Below are positions 1 through 34,995 of a stretch of DNA of 64,000 nucleotides, piece by piece (within the stretch, counting starts at the first letter, position 1; every line of letters starts with the position of its first letter). The position numbers and the translations under genes are program-made. Source of the DNA: Macrostomum lignano (taxonomy: Eukaryota); the NCBI GenBank assembly GCA_002269645.1, contig NIVC01000349.1, forward strand, positions 248,001 through 312,000. The letters are read 5' to 3'. Below the pieces are notes generated by a model. The model had not been told where the DNA came from, searched no databases, and saw only the letters and a list, made by a program, of their open reading frames with translations.

Positions 1-169
1 ATTGAGCTGCCTGTGTCACCATGCAAACACTTTGGCTTTGATCTTGTGGACTGAGTGAGGCTGTCTCAGTGACCTGTGTTCGATAGATTTCATAATGCAG
101 TGGTAAGTACAATACTTGTTGAAGGCATTCGTTCAGCATATGGGGCCTGTGGGGGTCAAGAAGGGCCAA

Positions 170-1090
170 GGGGGAGTTTTCAGGAGAGTCAAGAGGTGGA
201 TGTCAGTAGAGTCAAAAGGCAGGTGTCAGGAGAGTCAAGAGGTGGATGTCAGGAGAGTCAAAAGGCGGATGTCAGGAGAGTCAATAGGCGGATGTCAGGA
301 GAGTCAAGAGATGGGTGTCAGGAGGGTCATGAGGCGGGTGTCAGGAGGGTCAAGAGGCGGGTGAGAGGAGAGTCAAGAGGCGGGTGTCAGGAGAGTCAAG
401 AGGCGGGTGTCAGGAGAGTCAAGAAGCGGGTGTTAGGAGAGTCAAGAGGCGGGTGTCAGGAGAGTCAAGAGGCGGGTGTCAGGAGAGTCAAGAGGCGGGT
501 GTCAGGAGAGTCGAGAGGCGGGTGTCAGGAGAGTCAAGAAGCGGGTGTTAGGAGAGTCAAGAGGCGGGTGTCAGGAGAGTCAAGAGGCGGTTGTCAGGAG
601 AGTCAAGAGGCGGGTGTCAGGAGAGTCAAGAGGCGGGTGTCAAGAGAGTCAAGAAGCGGGTGTCAGGACAGTCAAGAGGTGGGTGTCAGGAGAGTCAAGA
701 GGCGGGTGTCAGGAGAATCAAGAGGTGGGTGTCAGAACAGTCAAGAGGCGGGTGAGAGGAGAGTCAAGAGGCGGGTGAGAGGAGAGTCAAGAAGCGGGTG
801 TCAGGAGAGTCGAGAGGCGGGTGTCAGGAGGGTCAAGAAGCGGGTGTCAGGAGAGTCAAGAGGCGGGTGTCAGAACAGTCAAGAGGCGGGTGAGAGGAGA
901 GTCAAGAGGCGGGTGTCAGGAGAGTCAAGAGGCGGGTGTCAGGAGAGTCAAGAGGCAGGTGTCAGGAGAGTCAAGAGGCAGGGGTTAGGAGAGTCAAGAG
1001 GCGACTCTTCTGTCAGGAGAGTCAAGAGGCGGGTGTCAGGAGGGTCAAAAGGCAGGTGTCAGGAGGGTCAAAAGGCAGGTGTCAGGAGGG
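170..1090. repeat. Minisatellite, 23-bp unit TGTCAGGAGAGTCAAGAGGCGGG
   Basis: About 40 diverged tandem copies; explains ORFs 76-1131, 116-364 and 476-778. Confidence 0.95.
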
Positions 1091-1796
1091 CCCAGTGTCA
1101 TGTCAATCATGTCAATTGGTTCGGAGGATAAATGAGGCAGTATTGAAATGAAATTTCTATTTAATAATGCGACAAGGATGTTTACATATAGCGTAAGAAT
1201 TATAAACACGCATTTTCACCTTTTCTGCACAAGGACCACTAAGAGTCGAAGAAGCTGTTAGGCATTTGTCTTTGGCAATAAAGTTGAAATTTTGCTTTTC
1301 TAAAAAAGTTTTCTAGTCCTCCTGACTAATCCACAACTGTAGCAAGATGTTCCGCCTGCTTTAAACAAAAATTTCACTGCAAATTCCGCAGCTTTTGCTT
1401 TGATGAAGGGCAGTCAGGAAGTGCTTTTCAGCGTCTAATTAACGAAATCTGCGGTAGGTGTAAAATCACGATTTGTTATAACGTGACGAACGGCAAAACC
1501 GGAAGTTGCGCTCCGTTTTCGACTTTCAGTTTTTGTTGCCGGAAAAGTGTTTGGTTTTATAACTGAAGTGAGGCCGCTGTTTCCCGAAAAGATTCAGGCC
1601 TTCCTGCCTTAGTGGGAAACTGAGGGGTGTAGGGTTTTGTTCTTTCTAAGAAAGCGCCTTTCATTTCAGATCCTAATATAGCTTCAATTGAGGGTTTCAT
1701 CCCCGCAATCAATTTGCAGCTTTTAATTAGTGGCCTCATGATGAGGCATCTCGCCGTCTCATTTAGCTATTCGATAACAACTTCGATAACGAGCGA

Positions 1797-3275
1797 GCCT
1801 GACACAAATACTGTACCCACTGAAACTAATCTGACACAAATACTGTACCCACTGAAACTAATCTGTCACAAATACTGTACCCACTGAAACTAATCTGACA
1901 CAAATACTGTACCCACTGAAACTAATCTGACACAAATACTGTACCCACTGAAACTAATCTGTCACAAATACTGTACCCACTGAAACTAATCTGACACAAA
2001 TACTGTACCCACTGAAACTAATCTGACACAAATACTGTACCCACTGAAACTAATCTGACACAAATACTGTACCCACTGAAACTAATCTGACACAAATACT
2101 GTACCCACTGAAACTAATCTGACACAAATACTGTACCCACTGAAACTAATCTGACACAAATACTGTACCCACTGAAACTAATCTGACACAAATACTGTAT
2201 CCACTGAAACTAATCTGACACAAATACTGTACCCACTGAAACTAATCTGACACAAATACTGTATCCACTGAAAATAATCTGACACAACTACTGTATCCAC
2301 TGAAACAATCTGACACAAATACTGTACCCACTGAAACAATCTGACACAAATACTGTACCCACTGAAACAATCTGACACAAATACTGTACCCACTGAAACA
2401 AATCTGACACAAATACTGTATCCACTGAAAATAATCTGACACAAATACTGTATCCACTGAAAATAATCTGACACAAATACTGTACCCACTGAAACTAATC
2501 TGACACAAATACTGTACCCACTGAAACAATCTGACACAAATACTGTACCCACTGAAACAATCTGACACAAATACTGTACCCACTGAAACAATCTGACACA
2601 AATACTGTATCCACTGAAAATAATCTGACACAAATACTGTATCCACTGAAAATAATCTGACACAACTACTGTATCCACTGAAACAATCTGACACAAATAC
2701 TGTACCCACTGAAACAATCTGACACAAATACTGTACCCACTGAAACAATCTGACACAAATACTGTATCCACTGAAAATAATCTGACACAAATACTGTACC
2801 CACTGAAACTAATCTGACACAACTACTGTACCCACTGAAACAATCTGACACAAATACTGTACCCACTGAAACTAATCTGACACAAATACTGTACCCACTG
2901 AAACAATCTGACACAAATACTGTACCCACTGAAACTAATCTGACACAAATACTGTATCCACTGAAACTAATCTGACACAAATACTGTATCCACTGAAAAT
3001 AATCTGACACAAATACTGTATCCACTGAAACTAATCTGACACAAATACTGTACCCACTGAAACAATCTGACACAAATACTGTACCCACTGAAACAATCTG
3101 ACACAAATACTGTATCCACTGAAACTAATCTGACACAAATACCGTATCCACTGAACTAATCTGACACAAATACTGTACCCACTGAAACTAATCTGACACA
3201 AATACTGTACCCACTGAAACTAATCTGACACAAATACTGTACCCACTGAAACAATCTGACACAAATACTGTATCC
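1797..3275. repeat. Minisatellite, 30-32-bp unit CTGACACAAATACTGTACCCACTGAAACTAAT
   Basis: About 47 tandem copies with no spacers; homogeneous at the left, variant units to the right. Confidence 0.97.
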
Positions 3276-3520
3276 TGACACAAATTTAGAATCATTTAGA
3301 CTGAAGCAAATCCAGAATCATCCTGACACAAATCCAGAATCATCCTGACACAAATCCAGAATCATCCTGACACAAATCCAGAATCATCCTGACACAAATC
3401 CAGAGTCATCCTGACACAAATCAAGTATCATCCTGACACAAATCAAATATCCTCCTGACACAAATCCAGAATCAACCAGACTGACACAAATATTATCGAC
3501 CTGACACAAATCAAGTATTA
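3275..3520. repeat. Minisatellite, 22-bp unit CCTGACACAAATCCAGAATCAT
   Basis: About 10 copies sharing the CTGACACAAAT core with the adjacent array. Confidence 0.9.
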
Positions 3521-3963
3521 ACTTACGCAAATTCACAAGCGGGCTTCAATGCCCAAATCAAGGCAGATCTCCTGCCGAATGCAACAGTTAAACAATAGCC
3601 TGAATAGAGTCTGGTCTAAGAATGAAATAAAAAATGAAATCAACTTTTTTGCTGCCTCCAGCCATTTTATTTTATTTTCCCGGACTGAAAATCCGGTTCT
3701 CTTGGAGGAAAATCAATTATAATTATAATTTATTAATCAGAATAATAGCGCGGCTCCATTCAAAAAAAATCCCCCCTCCCCCCCCCCCGAACAATTGAAA
3801 TCTGGCGGCGGCTTACCGATTCAAAAAATGATTGATTATTATTATGAAGAAGAGAGCTGAGCGGATTATGGCAGCAGATCCGCCGGCAAGTCCCCCATGT
3901 GCGCAGCTCTCCAGCAGAGACAATGGGGACTCCGTGAGCCTTGATTTTTCTCTGGGCTTTTAA

Positions 3964-3965
<2 letters not shown>

Positions 3966-4026
<61 letters not shown>
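3966..4026. repeat. (CT)n microsatellite
   Basis: About 30 perfect CT units. Confidence 0.98.
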
Positions 4027-4030
<4 letters not shown>

Positions 4031-4349
4031 CTGTCTGCCTGTGGGCTGAGTTCTTTGCTGCAGCGATACTGCCGCTTGGAGGAATTTAATATAGGAAGAA
4101 TCATTATTCCCAAATAAACTAGCTAATAAAGCCCTGGTATGGAGGGGAGTGGGAAATTTCTACATTGCCAATTGGATGAAAATCGGATAGCCAATACGGT
4201 TTTTCTGATGTCAATAGAGGAGCTGAAATGGAGCCGTTCATAGTACTGATAGTAACAAATAATATTTGTGGAACATTATTTTTGCAAAATCTAATTGGTT
4301 ATGCGTCTGAGAATGATCGGGATTGCCCCTTCCTGACTGCACCCACCAC

Positions 4350-5195
4350 ATCCTGTCCACCCCCACCCCATCCTGTCTCCCCACCCCATTCTGTCTCCCC
4401 ACCCCATCCTGTCTCCCCACCCCATCCTGTCTCCCCACCCCATCCTGTCTCCTCACCCCATCCTGTCTCCCCCCCCATCCTGTCTCCCCAACAACATCCT
4501 GTCTCCCCAACAACATCCTGTCTCCCCCACCCCATCCTGTCTCCCCCACCCCATCCTGTCTCCCCACCCCTTCCTGTCTCCCCCACCCAATCCTGTCTCC
4601 CCCACCCCATCCTGTCTCCCCCACCCCATCCTGTCTCCCCACCCCTTCCTGTCTCCCCCACCCAATCCTGTCTCCCCCACCCCTTCCTGTCTCCCCCACC
4701 CCATCCTGTCTCCCCCACCCAATCCTGTCTCCCCACCCCATCCTGTCTCCCCAACAACATCCTGTCTCCCCCACCCCATCCTGTCTCCCCCACCCCATCC
4801 TGTCTCCCCACCCCTTCCTGTCTCCCCCACCCAATCCTGTCTCCCCCACCCCTTCCTGTCTCCCCAACCCCATCCTGTCTCCCCCACCCAATCCTGTCTC
4901 CCCACCCCATCCTGTCTCCCCTACCCCATCCTGTCTCGCCACCCCACCCTGTCTCCCCCACCCAATCCTGTCTCCCCCACCACATCCTGTCTCCCCTACC
5001 CCATCCTGTCTCGCCACCCCACCCGGTCTCCCCCACCCAATCCTGTCTCCCCCACCCCATCCTGTCTCCCCTACCTCATCCTGTCTCCCCCACCCAATCC
5101 TGTCTCCCCCACCCCATCCTGTCTCCCCCACCCCATCCTGTCTCCCCATCCCATCCTCTCCCCCACCCTTCCTGTCTCCCCCAACCCTTCCTGTC
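4350..5195. repeat. C-rich minisatellite, ~18-bp unit CCCCACCCCATCCTGTCT
   Basis: Dozens of copies; explains the Pro-rich and Gly-rich ORFs 4228-5264. Confidence 0.95.
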
Positions 5196-5853
5196 TTCCC
5201 ACAGACATCAGCACACCTGACTCCTACTTCAGCACGTCATATTATTTCATCTCCAAAAATCTGATGCCCTTTTCAGTGTTTTAATACCATTCGTTTTATC
5301 GATTTAAATAAATAAATAAATAAACAAATAAAAGGCGAATTAAAAAACGCAAGTTACGCTACTGTTAGTAGAAAACTTTGAAAAATAATTCCGTTAAAAT
5401 TCGATATTATTTTTAATTCGATTTTAGATGCCAGATTTAGTAAAGCGTGTCTGAAAATTTCTTAGACTAAAACTAAAAAATTCAATATTTTAAAATTAAA
5501 TCGATAACACAGTCGTTTGGAAATAAATTCTGTACGTTCTTTAGTTTGTTAAAACAAAAACCCGTTCTACTTATATAGTAGTTGGACTGAGTTCCTACCC
5601 TATAGAAAAGTTTGTTTGTTTTTTTCCAAAACAAAAAGAATCATCGCTTCGCACAGCCAACTGCCACTTTTAGTTTGTTATAACTGAATGTTTTTACCAG
5701 CGTTTAAACTGTAATTTTCTTGGAATTCTTATTGTAACACCTGACACCTGTCTCTTCTTATCAATTGGCTGTTGAAACTGCGGAAGTAAATTCAAAGTAA
5801 TAAAACAAAGAGACCGGCAGTTCTGCCTCAATAAAACACAATCAATTAATCAA

Positions 5854-27650
<21,797 letters not shown>

Positions 27651-27904
27651 GTCGTTGCTGATGCTGCTCCGCACTGGGATGCCAGCAGTGAGTTAACTCA
27701 GTTAATATCTGTCGATATTGGAGGTTCTGTCTCAGATCTACGGATCCAAGGCAAATGCAAGGAAAGGGGCCGCTCCTTGCGACACGAACGAGGCCTGCTT
27801 ATAATTACCTGCTCTCCAGCCTTGCCTGCCAGGTCGGCCCCATTCGCCGCCGTCCTACCCTCCCTCCGCGCCGCGAGAAGAAGCAGAAGAGAGACGAGAA
27901 TTTT

Positions 27905-27925
27905 GGTTAGCAACTGTTACTAAGG
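27905..27925. promoter_or_regulatory. Two adjacent X-box half-sites (GGTTAGCAAC and GTTACTAAGG)
   Basis: AGCAAC and GTTACT half-sites ~255-275 nt upstream of the dynein ATG, next to a GC-rich segment. Confidence 0.4.
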
Positions 27926-28331
27926 CGCGAAGCGCACACCCATAGACACATTAACCAGATAGAATTTAGATATTGCTCCACTTGCACACTTATTAATCTC
28001 AAACCCCCTCCCCCCCTCAGCGTCGACACAATCTCTGCAGTTTGAATACAATTGAAATTCAGTTTAACTAAAGCTTACTCTGACTAAGTACAGCATTGAT
28101 GCACAAATAATGATGCCGAGTGAGATGAGGTGAGGCTGCTGGGCTCAGCCGTGCGAGAAAAGCGCAGCTAAAATACCGCGCACCCTAAAACCCCTTCATC
28201 GGTTTGTGCTGCTCCGTTCTTTATATTTTTATTGCTTGAGAAGAGGCGCACAGAAAGGCACTGCACCTCTGCCTCTGCTCGGTTCTTAACCACCTCCTCA
28301 GCAGGCAGACTGCTCGTTTTCGCGGGGTTGA

Positions 28332-28346
28332 GTTGCTATTGGCAAC
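28332..28346. promoter_or_regulatory. RFX X-box (GTTGCT-ATT-GGCAAC)
   Basis: Near-palindromic match to the X-box consensus GTNRCC(N0-3)RGYAAC, ~680 nt upstream of the dynein ATG; RFX factors are established regulators of ciliary genes. Confidence 0.6.
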
Positions 28347-28878
28347 GCCAAACGGTTAGAGGGGGCAGCAGACAGCTCAGGGCAGCTGACAATGGGTCTC
28401 ACTCTGGCTTAGGTGTTTGTTGGCCTTTTTAAAACTCAATTTGCGCACTACGCAGCACTGCTGCGCACACCATAACGCAAAGAGACCCAAAATCTACATC
28501 TTGGAGTTGCAGATAAGCAGTAGTCATATGGCTCTACGAAGCAACCATAATATTATCTTTAAACTTCAAAATTTTCTCTGAGTTTCCATCACTACCTCTA
28601 TTTTATTGGATTTGAAACATAGCTAAACTCCGCACATTGAGTATTGAAGATCCCCTGATTAGTGTAGAATTTCCTAGATCTAAGTTTAAAATTCCGTGGC
28701 CGGGGTGCTCATATTTTACAAGGTTGGATTTTGACTCAGTCTGCGCGGCCGCCATTGGGGCCGATTCCATTCCTTACCTGTCATGCAAAGTTCTCTATGA
28801 CTGCTCAGCTGCATAATATGGAGCAGCTTAATGCTCTCGAGTACGGGCGGTTCGCTGCACTGCAGCAACTACACACAG

Positions 28879-29417
28879 CAGGGGCGTCGCCATGGATTTT
28901 ATAGTGGGGGGGAGGGGGCAAAGTCAACAATTATACATATACATGTACACGACTCGATTTCTACATGTACATTACTTTCAGAATCGGTGTTTTCAGCACT
29001 CATTTTAGCGCCGCAGGCAATCATTTTAGCGCCTCAGGCACTCATTTTGGGGCCGCAGGCACTCATTTTAGCGCCTCAGGCACTCATTTTAGCGCCTCAG
29101 GCACTCATTATGGCGCCGCAGGCACTCATTTTGGGGCCGCAGGCACTCATTTTAGCGCTGCAGGCACTCATTTTAGCACTGCAGGCACTCATTTTAGCAC
29201 TGCAGGCACTCATTTTAGCGCCGCAGGCACTCATTTAGGCGCCGCAGGCACTCATTTTAGCGCCGCAGGCACTCATTTTGGAGCCAAAGGCGCCATATTT
29301 TTGGCGCCCTGAAGAAAAATTATTGATTAGCACAACGGAGGGGTGGAGGGACAAAGCATTGTCATGTCCGCCCATAGCTTTTACTGCTGTCCCCCCCCCC
29401 ACGTGGCGACGCGCCTG
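28879..29417. mobile_element. Non-autonomous DNA transposon (MITE) with an internal 21-bp tandem array
   Basis: TIRs CAGGGGCGTCGCCA / TGGCGACGCGCCTG (1 mismatch); CAG immediately flanks both ends (possible 3-bp TSD); internal array GCGCCGCAGGCACTCATTTTA at ~28990-29300. Confidence 0.75.
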
Positions 29418-30619
29418 CAGTACGTGAGATCTCTTAAGCCCCATGCACATGAGTACAGAATTATGAATTAAGTGTTATTCGACAAATCTACACTGTACGT
29501 GAACTGAGAATTATCAATTTCTGATTCAAGTAAGTATTATACTATATCTGAGTGCAATCAGCTGAAATCCTGATACGATTTGAGATAAATCGATTTAATT
29601 AAATATTGTTAAGTAAACCTTGTTTCTGCAAGTTAGTAAGCCCCTAAATGGGCCCTTTGACAGGCCTTAAACGTTTATTATTTGTAAGCCATTCAAAAAT
29701 GTAATTATTCATGGACATTTACGGCCTATATGCTTTCAAGAATGATTTGACACATTCACTGTCAATACTCACATGTTACATATGCTTAAAGAACTTAGTT
29801 CACCAAAGCCCTAGAGTACTAAATGTACATGCAATGATCCTTCTTTGGTTACACTCGTGCAATTCTACTAACAATTAGTAGACGTAAAAGAAAATCAGCA
29901 AGACGTATGATAGTTTGGATGCCGCGTCCGATAGAAATAAGCGTGTGGAATTCAAATTATCGATTAGTTGGATTTTTCAACTACAAAAAGTTATTGTAGT
30001 GAATGCATGGGAAGTAGGATAACAGCAAACCTAGGTTAACAGGCGGACTCCAAGTTTCTACCTTTTAAAGTCGGCCTCAAGAAAACTAAATGGAGCTGAG
30101 TCGGCCTCAAGAAATCTATACACACTTAGTGTCTGCATTATCAGTAATACAAATTTAGCATTCTAGCTGCTGGATGAGACCATGGATCGAAGTCTGCCTT
30201 TATTTTAAATGCCACACTCCGGATCATGTAGTAGATACACCCAAAAATTCGGGCGTGCATTGGCCCTTGCACGCCAAAAGTAGGCGTGCACAGGTTGGCG
30301 TGCATCACTCCTAAGAAAATACGCCTGGCGTGCGCACTTTATAGAATCACGCAGAGAGTTATTGTGAAGTAAGAAAAGGCAAAAAGAGTTCATATTTAGG
30401 CGTAAAATTCGCGCTTTCTGGGTTTTGAAGTCTGTAATAAGGCATTTAAACGAATCGTTGCATGTATAAATTTTTACTGTAAATAGTGCGGCCAAGTAGA
30501 AGAATTAACTAAATTAGCTGCTGAAATGGGTCTATTACGCAATGAAAAAGGTGATTTATTGTCACAACATAAAAAGGTCATTTATTGTCCGGCGTAGTTT
30601 TAAGAATTGGGCGTGCAGT

Positions 30620-31013
30620 CAGTGGCGTAAATAGGGGGGGATACCGGGGATATATCCCCCCATTTTGATGATTTATAGGAAACGAAAATTAGGATTTTTG
30701 GATAAAATGCAAAATAAAGCGGCATAGACGCAGCAAAATTGCAAAAATGGCCTATTTTACCCCTAATTACTATTAAAATGTTTTAAACGATTATTTCCGC
30801 GAATCCCTAGTTCCTAAACTGTCGAAGATAGAACAGACGTCTGCCGGATTTATTTGATTTTAACAAAATAAAGTTTTTTTGAGCCCAAAAACATGGTTTT
30901 GGTACCTTTTAATGCATATTTTTTAGAAAAAATGTACAAAAATTTTTTTATTACTTTCAAATTTTGCCCTTAAAAGTTCCGCCCCCCTTTTCAAAATCCT
31001 GTGTACGCCACTG
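30620..31013. mobile_element. MITE with CAGTGGCGTA...TACGCCACTG termini
   Basis: Perfect 10-bp TIR, subterminal G and C runs, AT-rich interior; no clean TSD found. Confidence 0.65.
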
Positions 31014-32753
31014 CACGACTGCAGTGTCACAACTAACTACTGAATTCACCGGCACTTGGGTTCACCGGATTTTTAACTTTATTTTTAAGGCTTAAAAATA
31101 TATATAATCGATAGCGCAAGTAAAACTAGAGATGCGCCTAGATTTTTGGCTCTGCGCGTTGCCCCTGGACATCAGGAGGGCGATTTTTGTTATTTTTTTG
31201 GGGGGGGGGGTGAAACCGGCGGTGAACCCAATAAATCCTTCCAGAGAGCTGAAAACCTGTCATGCAATATTTCAAAGCAAAATATAGGCAGATTTCGACG
31301 TGCGCATAAAATTTCAGCGTTGCGCGTTGCTCCTGAACTGCAGGAGAACGTTTTTTGTTAAATTCCGGTGTTGAATGACTGCCGCTCAACTCCGCGGTCA
31401 GCCGTGTCCCACTCGTGAGGCCATTCTATCCTCGGAAAACACGGCCTTGCAGCCCAGTAATGAATGCAGCGGTGTAGCGCTGCATGTATTTCTGGCTTTA
31501 TTTTACGTTGTATTTAATACATTTGCGCACGTATGCACCAGCCGATTCTATAAGCAAGCCACGGGTGATATTGGTAAACAAGTGTACAATTCAAATTGCA
31601 TTTTAGCTAGCTATTAAAATAAGCCTGCCTATACATAAAATTTTACCACTTGCCAATTAGTTAGGCTTACAGATTTATTTATTGCTCTTTAGACTTTGGA
31701 ATCATTTAAAATTTACATAACTATATCCATTTTTTGTTTAGCCTAGGCAAAATGCATATTTAATAAGCTTTCTAGGCTTCTAAAATCTAATAGCAATAGA
31801 TAAAAACTACCTGCCTAGTAATTTTTTACCTAATAGTAATACAAAGCCTTCTATTTCAAATCATTGATTATTTTCTACTATTGACTAGTAGGTCTAAGTC
31901 TAAAATATTTTCTTTTCTTTTGTGTTATAAAGCCTTTATGCTATATTAGAATATGTTTTTTAATGATAATAAGATTAAGAATCTTTTTTTTCTTTGGATC
32001 TAAAATTCATTTGGTCCTTCTTTAATTTAAGTAGCTTAGGCCTATCTTTTTATAAGACCTAAGCCTAGCCTATGTTTATAATGTATTATATTAAAATGTT
32101 TTAATAATATTGTTTTATGGGATAAAACAAACATATTTTAATAATCAAAAGTAGGAATATAACTATATAAGATAAAGCATGCCTAGATTGGCTAGAATAT
32201 AAAACTTTTTGAAATAATTAGCCATAGTCTAATCAACTATAGACTAAGTAATAATTATTCATTGCCGCTATATAAAGTCATGATATCCCTCTAGTTGTGA
32301 CCTTTTCTTTCCCTCTAATGCTAGGCCTTACCTTTTTCTTTCTAGCCCATATTCTCTTCTCTAAAGCCTCACCTTCTTTTCCCTTCAGTATTACCCTCCT
32401 CCCCAGTCCCACAATGTTTTCCCATTAAATTCTTACCCTTTTTTCATAATCTCACCCTCCTACCCTCTAGCCCCACCTTCCTAGCCTCTAGTCCCATTAT
32501 CCTTTCCTTCCAGCCCCACCCTCCTTCCCTCTAGCCCCGCCCTCCCCTCCAGCTTCCACCCTTTTCTCTCCTCTAGACCCATCCCTTCTCTCCAGCCCCA
32601 CCCCTTCCCTCCAGCCCTACCCCTTCCCTCCAGCCCCTCCCCTTCCCTCCAGCCCCATCCCTATTCAGCCTCACCCTTTCTCGTAGCTCTGCTAATAAAA
32701 TTTAATTATCCTTTTCAGAAGTGAAAAATAATATTTCTCTTTTCTCTCTTCAG

Positions 32754-33617
32754 AATGTCCTCGCACCGGTCTTGAGGTCATACCACGTGCCGGAGCGACT
32801 GGTCGCAGCAACCATAACTCTCTTCTAGGAGACCCTGGCCGCCGTGGTGACACCTGACGGACTATCCGACCTGTTCAAAACGACCTCAGGGATGCTACAA
32901 GGCGACACGCTTGCGTCCAACCGTTTCGTGTTGGTGCTCGATGGGGTGCTACGTAGGGCCCTGCCAACAGATGAGGACAGTTTCCTACTGTGCCGGCAAA
33001 CAAGCAGCCGCCAATCGGAGAAGCGGCTGTCGCTCCTGGGTTACGCCGACGACCTGGCGCTGCCCGCCTCTACGGCTGAGGGAGCTCAGCGCATGCTAGA
33101 CAGCCTGGTTGGTGGCAGCTGCGGCATCGGTCGGGCTAGCGGTGAACATCGAGAAGACGCAGGTGATGACTGTACCTGCGGAGCTGCCTATCAAAATCAC
33201 CTGCTGGGACACCCGACAGTCATGCAGCAGCTCTACCTCGCTGCGCGTGCTTCACGTACCCGGCGATCTTGTGCCCAGTGTCCAGGAGGACTTGGCGCGA
33301 CGCAGGGGCCTGGCCTGGGCGGCCTTCCGCTCCATCCGAGTCGTCCTGCAGAACGCCGCGCTGCCAGACTGCTGCGATCACCTAGCGAGACCCTCCGCAG
33401 GCGAAGACATCAGCTGGCGGGCCACACCATCCACGCGGAGGCCTACTGTTCTCAACCAGTGCAAGACGTTCTGCTGCTCACGATGCAGGGCCCCTGGCGC
33501 CGGGGCTACGGCCGGGCGAGTCGCGTCGCGGATTGCCTGTTGGATGGCGCTGGGGTGATTGGCCAGGCGCACACTGTTGACGCCTTTAGAGAGCTCGCAC
33601 TGAGAGAACTGATCTGA
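32754..33617 (+). pseudogene. Degenerate non-LTR (RTE-like) reverse transcriptase fragment, left arm
   Basis: TTSGMLQGDTLA and LGYADDLAL motifs; in-frame TAG near 32826 and frameshifts. Confidence 0.8.
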
Positions 33618-34195
33618 CACCGCCTCCCATTGTGAACTGTTACTTTTAACTCAACAATACTGGGTGTGCCTTGTTGTTATTTTCTCTTCAAAAAAATTTG
33701 CCTAGCTGCGAACTGTGATGGTGCATATCGCGTACTCGCGATTCAATAGCTTATACTTATTACTGTTTTACTTATTGCCTTCCGATGTCAATGCTATTTA
33801 TTGCGTGTAATATTATCGCAAAATTCAAGTTCGGGTGTCATTATTTAGCTACTGCCGCTGTTCTGCATTACAATTATTATAGTACTTCGTATCTACTGAC
33901 GTAACATTGTACCAAACATTTTACATTGCGTGGCGCCAAAACCAATCTTGTTGAATGCTACTAGCGTAATAGCCGTTTGAATCGCTTGAAATACATTGTA
34001 ATGCCTTGCTGTATTGCTTTTGACGATCTAAACGACACTGGCTAGACTTCACTGATCCAAATGCTCCTCAAGCAAGGTATATGGAAAGCAGATTGAGCAG
34101 CAAACTTAGTGTTTGATTGATAGAGATATTGTATAGTTGGATCTTTGGATCACGGATAGAACCAAGGAATCTAGATCTGGAGGCATGGAGGCATG

Positions 34196-34995
34196 CGGGG
34201 GGAGCCGCGGAAAGCAGCGGAGCTGTTGGGGGGAGCGGCGGAAAGCAGCGGAGCTGTTGGTGGAAGCGGCGGAAAGCAGCGGAGCTGTTGGGGGGAGTGG
34301 CGGAAAGCAGCAGAGCTGTTGGTGGAAGCGGCGGAAAGCAGCGGAGCTGTTGGGGGGAGTGGCGGAAAGCAGCGGAGCTGTTGGTGGAAGCGGCGGAAAG
34401 CAGCGGAGCTGTTGGGGAGAGCGGCGGAAAGCAGCGGAGCTGTTGGGGGGAGCGGCGGAAAGCAGCGGAGCTGTTGGTGGAAGCGGCGGAAAGCAGCGGA
34501 GCTGTTGGGGGAGCGGCGGAAAGCAGCGGAGCTGTTGGGGGAGCGGCGGAAAGCAGCGGAGCTGTTGGTGGAAGCGGCGGAAAGCAGCGGAGCTGTTGGG
34601 GGAGCGGCGGAAAGCAGCGGAGCTGTTGGGGAGCGGCGGAAAGCAGCGGAGCTGTTGGTGGAAGCGGCGGAAAGCAGCGGAGCTGTTGGGGGAGCGGCGG
34701 AAAGCAGCGGAGCTGTTGGGGGGAGCGGCGGAAAGCAGCGGAGCTGTTGGGGGAGCGGCGGAAAGCAGCGGAGCTGTTGGTGGAAGCGGCGGAAAGCAGC
34801 GGAGCTGTTGGGGGAGCGGCGGAAAGCAGCGGAGTTGTTGGGGGAGCGGCGGAAAGCAGCGGAGCTGTTGGGGGGGGGAGCGGCGGAATGCAGCGGAACT
34901 GTTGGGGGAGCGGCGGAAAGCAGCGGAGCTGTTGGTGGAAGCGGCGGAAAGCAGCGGAGCTGTTGGGGGAGCGGCGGAAAGCAGCGGAGCTGTTG
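34196..34995. repeat. GC-rich ~30-bp minisatellite GCGGCGGAAAGCAGCGGAGCTGTTGGGGGA (left arm)
   Basis: About 26 copies; source of ORFs 34106-35066. Confidence 0.96.

Noticed and set aside
76-1131. 351-aa ORF with RRVKRR/CQESQEAG repeats (protamine-like look)
   Set aside because: Translation of a stop-poor 23-bp minisatellite; several frames are open and the unit is not a multiple of 3
1200-1760. Short minus-strand ORF 1557-1739 and a CCGGAAGT (ETS-like) motif
   Set aside because: No homology cue and no supportable gene model within the window
1797-3275. 32-bp direct repeats resembling a CRISPR array
   Set aside because: Units are contiguous with no unique spacers, there are no cas genes, and the context is eukaryotic
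3790-4120. Possible small exons around the (CT)n tract (ATG at ~3869 with a GTGAGC donor; minus-strand GTAAGC donor)
   Set aside because: No recognisable protein; both strands equally plausible; needs RNA data
4228-5264. Pro-rich and Gly-rich ORFs on both strands
   Set aside because: All frames open because of the C-rich minisatellite
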